From: Candidatus Thorarchaeota archaeon
GTDB taxonomy: Archaea; Asgardarchaeota; Thorarchaeia; Thorarchaeales; Thorarchaeaceae
Reading direction: 5' to 3'
NCBI GenBank assembly: GCA_048882385.1
Contig: JBHLRQ010000032.1
Coordinates: 1 to 30,437, forward strand
Length of the DNA stretch: 30,437 bases
Both the position numbers and the translations under genes were made by a program. Positions 25,325-30,437 of the stretch are shown here, piece by piece. Position 1 is the first letter of the stretch. Every line of letters begins with the position of its first letter. Under the pieces are notes generated by a model. It did not search any database. It was given only the letters and a program-made list of their open reading frames with translations, and had not been told where the DNA came from.

Positions 25325-26497
25325 TCAGCTTCTTTTCTTTATGAGAACTATACAGACGAAGAATAATGTGACAGTCAAGAAGGCTCCAAGTACCAATTGG
25401 GGTGTGCCTAAGTCATCCATCAATATCCACACCACCGAAACGTGAATCTGGTCCCTTGCTGTATTCTCGAATCCGTCACTCAGAATTACTTCAATTACAT
25501 GTGCACCAAGCGGCAATTGAGATATGGTGTATTCAATATCTCCTCCATCCCAACAATCTTTCAGTAAAACATCATCATTCACGATTATGGAGTATAAAAC
25601 TGGAAATTCATCAGATGAAGCCCATCTTATTGTATAATTGCTCTCTTGATCATCAACAGCTATATCGTCTAGTGACTCGATTATTGGATCTGCTGAATCT
25701 ACAAGGATGTCTGCATAAGGATCAGTGAAATTTCCATTTCCAATTATTCTGTACTTCTCTGAGTCATTGTAATTTGACCACACATTTCCATGACGCGAAG
25801 AATCAAAGAATTGATTGCTTGAACCATCTGCAACTGCATTCTCCTCATTCCATCCAAACTTGTTCAGATAGACAGTATTGTTGTTACTGTTTTCATCGAT
25901 ATACAAACCTATGAATGAATTCGAATAAACCGAATTTGAATTGATATCTGAACCATCACTATTTCTGAGGAGGAGTCCAATCGCATTACTGAAGATTTTG
26001 CACTCCTGAATCAAACATCTCTCACTATCCTCTAGATATATCCCCCTTGGCGAATCATAGATCCGACTGTTGATTATCCTGATATTTGTGGAATTGTGTA
26101 TCTCTATAGCTTTGTTTCCTCCCCTGACAGTGCAGTTATCAAATGTTCCATTTTCAACTTGGTTCAGGAGAACTACTGGAGTAAGCGCATCTGTACATAT
26201 CAGTTTGCATCTTCTTACGATGAAGAAAGCATCCGTATCATGAATGTCTACACACAAATATGGCGATATCACCTCTATATCCCTCAGGATATAGGGATCG
26301 TTTTTTGTTCCCGTCCCGCTCGTGCTATATTGGGCCAGATCATCATTTGATTCAACCACGATGCTGCTAAGCTGAAATAATGCAGGGTTTGAAGTTGAAG
26401 GCATCAACTCAGTAACTATTGGATCTGGATGAATGACTAAGACTACACCCATCACTAGGATTATGCAGAAAGTGATACACTTCTTACCAGTCTTCAA
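25325..26497 (-). CDS. Membrane-anchored NosD/CASH-type right-handed beta-helix surface protein
   Basis: Signal peptide, GTGTKNDPYI, repeated GIYL..S....I..N units, GNVWSNY, Ig-like domain, C-terminal TM followed by KKR. Confidence 0.85.
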   Translation of the reverse strand: MKTGKKCITFCIILVMGVVLVIHPDPIVTELMPSTSNPALFQLSSIVVESNDDLAQYSTSGTGTKNDPYILRDIEVISPYLCVDIHDTDAFFIVRRCKLICTDALTPVVLLNQVENGTFDNCTVRGGNKAIEIHNSTNIRIINSRIYDSPRGIYLEDSERCLIQECKIFSNAIGLLLRNSDGSDINSNSVYSNSFIGLYIDENSNNNTVYLNKFGWNEENAVADGSSNQFFDSSRHGNVWSNYNDSEKYRIIGNGNFTDPYADILVDSADPIIESLDDIAVDDQESNYTIRWASSDEFPVLYSIIVNDDVLLKDCWDGGDIEYTISQLPLGAHVIEVILSDGFENTARDQIHVSVVWILMDDLGTPQLVLGAFLTVTLFFVCIVLIKKRS

Positions 26498-26793
26498 CTC
26501 CCTTCATCTCAGAATATTTGACCGGGATTATATCTTTCTTTGGAACCAAGAAGTAACTTAGATTTTGGATAATTGTCATTGCGCAATTTGCTTTAAGAAA
26601 ACTAATTGCTGGAGAGATTATGCAAAAGGCACAGTTCGACAGCTCTCCAGCGTCTTCGTGAGGAGAACACTATGTCTTTCAACCAACCCAATCGGTCGAA
26701 CTCGATAGGAAGCGGAAATACGCCATATACGAAGAATCTATCATTAATAGGATTACCTTCCGCGCAAAAAGAATCGGCAATCACCGATGTCTG

Positions 26794-27990
26794 CTAAGAC
26801 AATTTTTTAACCATAAAGATGATGACAGTGAAATACGCTACAGTTAACCCCGATGCAATCACGACAAGTTCAGTTCCGATTCCACCAAGAACAAATGACA
26901 CTGAACTCACATATACTTCATCTGATGCGGTATTACCTGCACCATCATAGAGAGTGACAACAAATCGGTATGTGCCAATACGAAGTGTATCAAGATTTAT
27001 TGTGATATCATCACCATTCCATACGTGTCCAGCTTCTGGTCCACTGTCAATCTGAATAGAATAACTGCTTGGAAATTCATCAGAAACCATCCAAGTCATT
27101 GAATTTCCAGTAGATTCAACATCAAATGCAAAATCTGCTAATCCATAGACAACTGGATTCACATTGTCCTCAAGAAGCACAGGAAATGAATCTATGGATC
27201 CATTTGTACCAGGAACAACGAAGGGAATTGTACCGTTGAAGTCATCCCAGGCATTCCCGAGACCGATACCATCATCATAACGATTATCGCGTCCAAGGTC
27301 AATCACATTACCTATATCTCCATTCCAACCAATTGAATTTCCGACAATCGAGTTATTAAAGCTCGAACCAATCAGATCGAGACCTTGTCGAGTGTTCGAG
27401 TAGATTGAGCTGTTCAAAATATTGCAAAATGTTGCTGATTCTATTTGCGCACCTATGTAGTTATTATAGAGTCTTGAGAAAATGATTGTGCAGTTATTTG
27501 AAGAGTAAAGGTAAATTCCAGACGAGGCATAATATATCAACGTGTTTGACACTGTGCAATAGCTAGATTCCCGCAAAACAATGCCTGTGTCTCCACCGGA
27601 AATCTCGCTTGACATAATCTGACCATTCTGCACATTCTCAAACCATATCGCTTGTCCGCTACTACTAGCCTCCACAAAACAATTGTAAATAATGAAGTAT
27701 GCAGTTGTGTCCTGTATCCAAATGGAACTCCCCGAGCTTGATGAAATAGATAGATTGGCAATGATATAGGGATCTTCAAGAGTACCCGAACCGGGAAAAC
27801 CAAGGGTAGCAAAATCTGCATCACTACTAATCACTATGGGTTCACTTGTCTGATACTGAGAAGGAGTGTAATCACTGGATTGGCGAATTATTGCAGATTG
27901 GGGTTCGATAGTTTCTGATGAAAGTACTATTGATGACAAAACCAAGATGCTTACTAAGAGCAAAGTAGCTACAACTCGTTTCATCATCAA
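26794..27990 (-). CDS. Membrane-anchored NosD/CASH-type beta-helix surface protein (paralog of 25325..26497)
   Basis: Signal peptide, GSGTLEDPYII, beta-helix repeats, GNAWDDF, W..SDEFP..Y Ig-like domain, TM followed by KK. Confidence 0.85.
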   Translation of the reverse strand: MMMKRVVATLLLVSILVLSSIVLSSETIEPQSAIIRQSSDYTPSQYQTSEPIVISSDADFATLGFPGSGTLEDPYIIANLSISSSSGSSIWIQDTTAYFIIYNCFVEASSSGQAIWFENVQNGQIMSSEISGGDTGIVLRESSYCTVSNTLIYYASSGIYLYSSNNCTIIFSRLYNNYIGAQIESATFCNILNSSIYSNTRQGLDLIGSSFNNSIVGNSIGWNGDIGNVIDLGRDNRYDDGIGLGNAWDDFNGTIPFVVPGTNGSIDSFPVLLEDNVNPVVYGLADFAFDVESTGNSMTWMVSDEFPSSYSIQIDSGPEAGHVWNGDDITINLDTLRIGTYRFVVTLYDGAGNTASDEVYVSSVSFVLGGIGTELVVIASGLTVAYFTVIIFMVKKLS

Positions 27991-28066
27991 GGATTTATTC
28001 CTCCCTTACGCGGGTTGTTTCGTGTAGCGACCCCTCTTGAAGTTTCCCAATGCACTAACATTGTAC

Positions 28067-28636
28067 CTAATTCGTTTCATCATTCGACACTTCTGAGTTC
28101 ATTTTATTCATCTTTAGAAATTGTGTTAGGTACTCGGGATTTGATATGGATATATCGAGAGAGTCATGTACACGACTCACATTATGAAATCGAAGCGCTC
28201 TCTCTAGAGCTCTTGGGAAAAACCCGTATATGAAGAATAAGAAAAGAGTAAAAGATGTGACTAGAAAACCGATTAGGGGCGGATTGAGCGGTCTGGAGTA
28301 ATTCAAAGCCACATTGATCTGAAGTAGATAGAATAGAATTGGATAGAACATGATGAAGAATCCCAACACAGCTATCAACTTGGTCCTAAGAGACCTCACA
28401 CTCTTGCTTCCATGTCTCATGCATGTTGGTACTGCAAAAGTCGTGGACCCCCTAGAAGCCTCCAAAGCAACTTCAATCCTGTCTTGTCTACGTTTCCAAG
28501 AACTTACATCAAAGTCATCCCCTGCTCTATTTAAAATCGTCACAAACACAAGGTCTTCTGCTTCTTCCATACATACAGGACAAATCTCAGGAAATTGAAT
28601 TCTTGACAGCTTGACCTTGAATGAGGACAAATACAC
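28067..28636 (-). CDS. Hypothetical membrane protein with CxxC...CxxH metal site and two TM helices
   Basis: FPEICPVC, VPTCMRH, two hydrophobic segments, ISNPEY...F tail; GGAG RBS overlapping the GTG start region. Confidence 0.7.
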   Translation of the reverse strand: MYLSSFKVKLSRIQFPEICPVCMEEAEDLVFVTILNRAGDDFDVSSWKRRQDRIEVALEASRGSTTFAVPTCMRHGSKSVRSLRTKLIAVLGFFIMFYPILFYLLQINVALNYSRPLNPPLIGFLVTSFTLFLFFIYGFFPRALERALRFHNVSRVHDSLDISISNPEYLTQFLKMNKMNSEVSNDETN

Positions 28637-28641
28637 TCCCC

Positions 28642-29016
28642 CTATTCTGGCGGCATAACTATGATCTGTACGCTAGTTACAGGTCTCTCAGTCTTCGGAT
28701 CTGTCGCATCAAACGTATCGAATGTCATCAAGTATGTGAACTTGCTCTCTCGGATCTTTAACTCATGGGCAATTCGAACAGCAAGACCAATTCCCTTAAA
28801 CCCAAACCCTCTGATTGCAACATACCTCTTGTCATCCTTCACTAGGTCTCTCAAAGTGTTTGAGATTTTCGGAATGTTGATCTTTCCTGCATTGTGTGAT
28901 ATCTCAACAAGAATGTATTCACTGGTTGGGTATACAGAAACATCATCTTCCATAGTGATTGAAATAACATCATCCCCAATCCTTAGCTGCTCGGGAATGC
29001 GGTCTCGAAGCGACAT
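28642..29016 (-). CDS. Divergent Alba-like nucleic-acid-binding protein with N-terminal extension
   Basis: VAIRGFGFKGIGLAVRIAHEL resembles Alba V.IKARGRAISRAVDVAE; RPVTSVQIIV resembles Alba VS.IEI.L. Confidence 0.6.
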   Translation of the reverse strand: MSLRDRIPEQLRIGDDVISITMEDDVSVYPTSEYILVEISHNAGKINIPKISNTLRDLVKDDKRYVAIRGFGFKGIGLAVRIAHELKIRESKFTYLMTFDTFDATDPKTERPVTSVQIIVMPPE

Positions 29017-29119
29017 GCTACAGCTTTTGCGTGATTCTACTAATCAACTTGATGGCTCGGGTAGCCACTATCTCAACCCTCATATATTGTTGGGTAAGTA
29101 TTTTCTTGAGGTAGTTTTA

Positions 29120-30112
29120 GTGGAAAAAAACCAAGCTGCCGCTATTCTTGTTGTGTTACTTGTAGTTAGTTCCATTGGACTTATCGTTGTTTTGAATCCC
29201 CCTCCAACTCCCGATGTCAGGATTGGTTATCTATCCAAGGACCTACATCAACTGGCACTCAAAGTAGCCATTGAAAATGGGTATTTTGACCGTGAGGGTA
29301 TTACATACGAGCTACTACAATATGGGAATGGTGGGCAGGAAATGACTGGATTTCAATCAGGTCAAATCGATATGGGGTACTTGGGAGCTGCCCCTGCTGT
29401 CCTCAAACGTCTTAATGATGAAATCATGGTCACTATTCTTGCTGCAGCAAATATGGAGGGGTCTGCTATCATGGTTGACAAGACAGAATACGAGTTAGGT
29501 CATGTCACAACCATCGCAGATCTAGCTGGGAAGGGTGTATATCATCCTGGACCTCCGACAGTGCAGAATTTCCTTCTCCGTCTTGCACTTAATCAGTCAG
29601 GACTATCATATAGTGATATCAATCCCCTTTCTGTGGTGCCATCCTCAATGGCTGATTCGCTCAGTCCAGAGAATCCAGCCTTTATAGCTTGGGAACCTTT
29701 CAATGCGTTGTCTGAATACCAAAACAAGACTGTACCACTGATTCTCTCAGGAGATATCTGGCCCGGTCACCCATGTTGTGTCCTTGCTGCTGAGAACACA
29801 TTCCTCTCTCAGAATCCTGAGATTGTTCAGAAAGTAGTTCAAATACACCAAGAGGCAACAGACTGGATAGTCACTCATCCGACCGAGGCTATCGCAATTG
29901 CAGTCGACTGGCTTGAGATGGATGAAACTCCTGTCACTACTGCTTTCAATAGAATCATCTTTGATTACCGTGTCAATGTCACTGGAATAGAGATGTATCT
30001 AGATTTCTTGATTTCAGAAGGTCAGATTGACAATATACCTCCAAGTATTCCTGATTTCCTTGATGGTTTCATCAATCAGACATATATCGAAGATACCCTT
30101 CTTTGTTGTTAA
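29120..30112 (+). CDS. NitT/TauT (SsuA/NrtA-like) ABC substrate-binding protein, N-terminally anchored
   Basis: True start GTG 29120 after GAGGT RBS; TM anchor; VRIGYL, IDMGYLGAAPA, FIAWEPF, WPGHPCCVL. Confidence 0.9.
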   Translation: MEKNQAAAILVVLLVVSSIGLIVVLNPPPTPDVRIGYLSKDLHQLALKVAIENGYFDREGITYELLQYGNGGQEMTGFQSGQIDMGYLGAAPAVLKRLNDEIMVTILAAANMEGSAIMVDKTEYELGHVTTIADLAGKGVYHPGPPTVQNFLLRLALNQSGLSYSDINPLSVVPSSMADSLSPENPAFIAWEPFNALSEYQNKTVPLILSGDIWPGHPCCVLAAENTFLSQNPEIVQKVVQIHQEATDWIVTHPTEAIAIAVDWLEMDETPVTTAFNRIIFDYRVNVTGIEMYLDFLISEGQIDNIPPSIPDFLDGFINQTYIEDTLLCC

Positions 30113-30159
30113 AAGCGACAGACAGAAAAGTAGGACTAAATCTGACATTGTCGAGAAGA

Positions 30160-30437
30160 ATGTCTGAGTTAGTGAGTGGACATCAAGAAGACGATTCACC
30201 AGAGACTAGATCCGGACAGGTCTGGTCTCCAACATCCGTATTTCGTTTCATTCTTCTGAAAATTGTCATTCCTATACTGGTTCTAATATTGCTGTGGTTT
30301 CTGATTGCTGAAATAGCTAGGTCTTCTCTTATAGAGGTGGTCGATGCTTTTGTAAGGCTTGTTACAGAAGGTGACAGTGAAGGGTATTTTCTGATAGATC
30401 ACATTAGCCTCAGTCTCTTCCGTGTTGTTATTGGATT
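30160..30437 (+). CDS. NitT/TauT ABC permease, N-terminal part (runs off window edge)
   Basis: Manual translation from ATG 30160: MSELVSG...IVIPILVLILLWFLIAE...LIDHISLSLFRVVIG, matching the SsuC/TauC HxxxSLxRVxxG motif; follows the binding-protein gene. Confidence 0.85.
   Translation, partial: MSELVSGHQEDDSPETRSGQVWSPTSVFRFILLKIVIPILVLILLWFLIAEIARSSLIEVVDAFVRLVTEGDSEGYFLIDHISLSLFRVVIG

Noticed and set aside
26630-26710. GTTCGA T-loop-like words suggesting a tRNA
   Set aside because: No cloverleaf: T-stem, anticodon arm and acceptor stem cannot be formed.
26620-26847. Plus-strand frame MQKAQFDSSPASS-TGA-GEHYVF... as a possible selenoprotein
   Set aside because: No redox motif around the TGA, no recognisable SECIS, and the frame runs antisense into the next gene.
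28661-29119. 153-aa N-terminal extension of the 483-aa ORF, suggesting a fusion protein
   Set aside because: It is mostly the antisense shadow of the Alba-like gene; an RBS and GTG at 29120 give a normal binding protein.
30098-30112. C-terminal LLCC resembling a Rab geranylgeranylation signal
   Set aside because: It ends an extracytoplasmic solute-binding protein, so the resemblance is probably coincidental.
1-30437. CRISPR arrays, transposases, integrases, defence systems
   Set aside because: No regularly spaced repeats or recognisable motifs for these were seen.

Overview
Gene-dense archaeal chromosomal segment, most likely from an Asgard archaeon (Thorarchaeia-like). This is inferred from a Rab-like GTPase, a longin-like protein, a gelsolin-domain protein and a Vps62-like gene alongside archaeal porCDAB, an Alba-like gene and GGAGG/GAGGTGA ribosome-binding sites. 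No rRNA, tRNA, CRISPR array or mobile element was recognised. Two loci stand out. (1) A minus-strand ABC-2 operon (7432->1): permease, an ATPase with two tandem N-terminal TrmB-C-terminal-like repeats, a ~1460-aa membrane-anchored subtilase with a GIFT-like domain whose catalytic Ser motif is degenerate (site-1-protease-like layout), and a second ATPase. (2) A plus-strand four-gene cluster (15899-18487): Zn-ribbon protein, longin-like protein, duplicated-7TM membrane protein and Rab-like GTPase, divergent from an Lrp-RAM/gelsolin pair. Also found: a Vps62-like pseudogene with two in-frame stops and an uncalled 49-aa Cys-rich ORF with its own terminator-like hairpin. All family assignments come from motif recognition by eye, not database searches.
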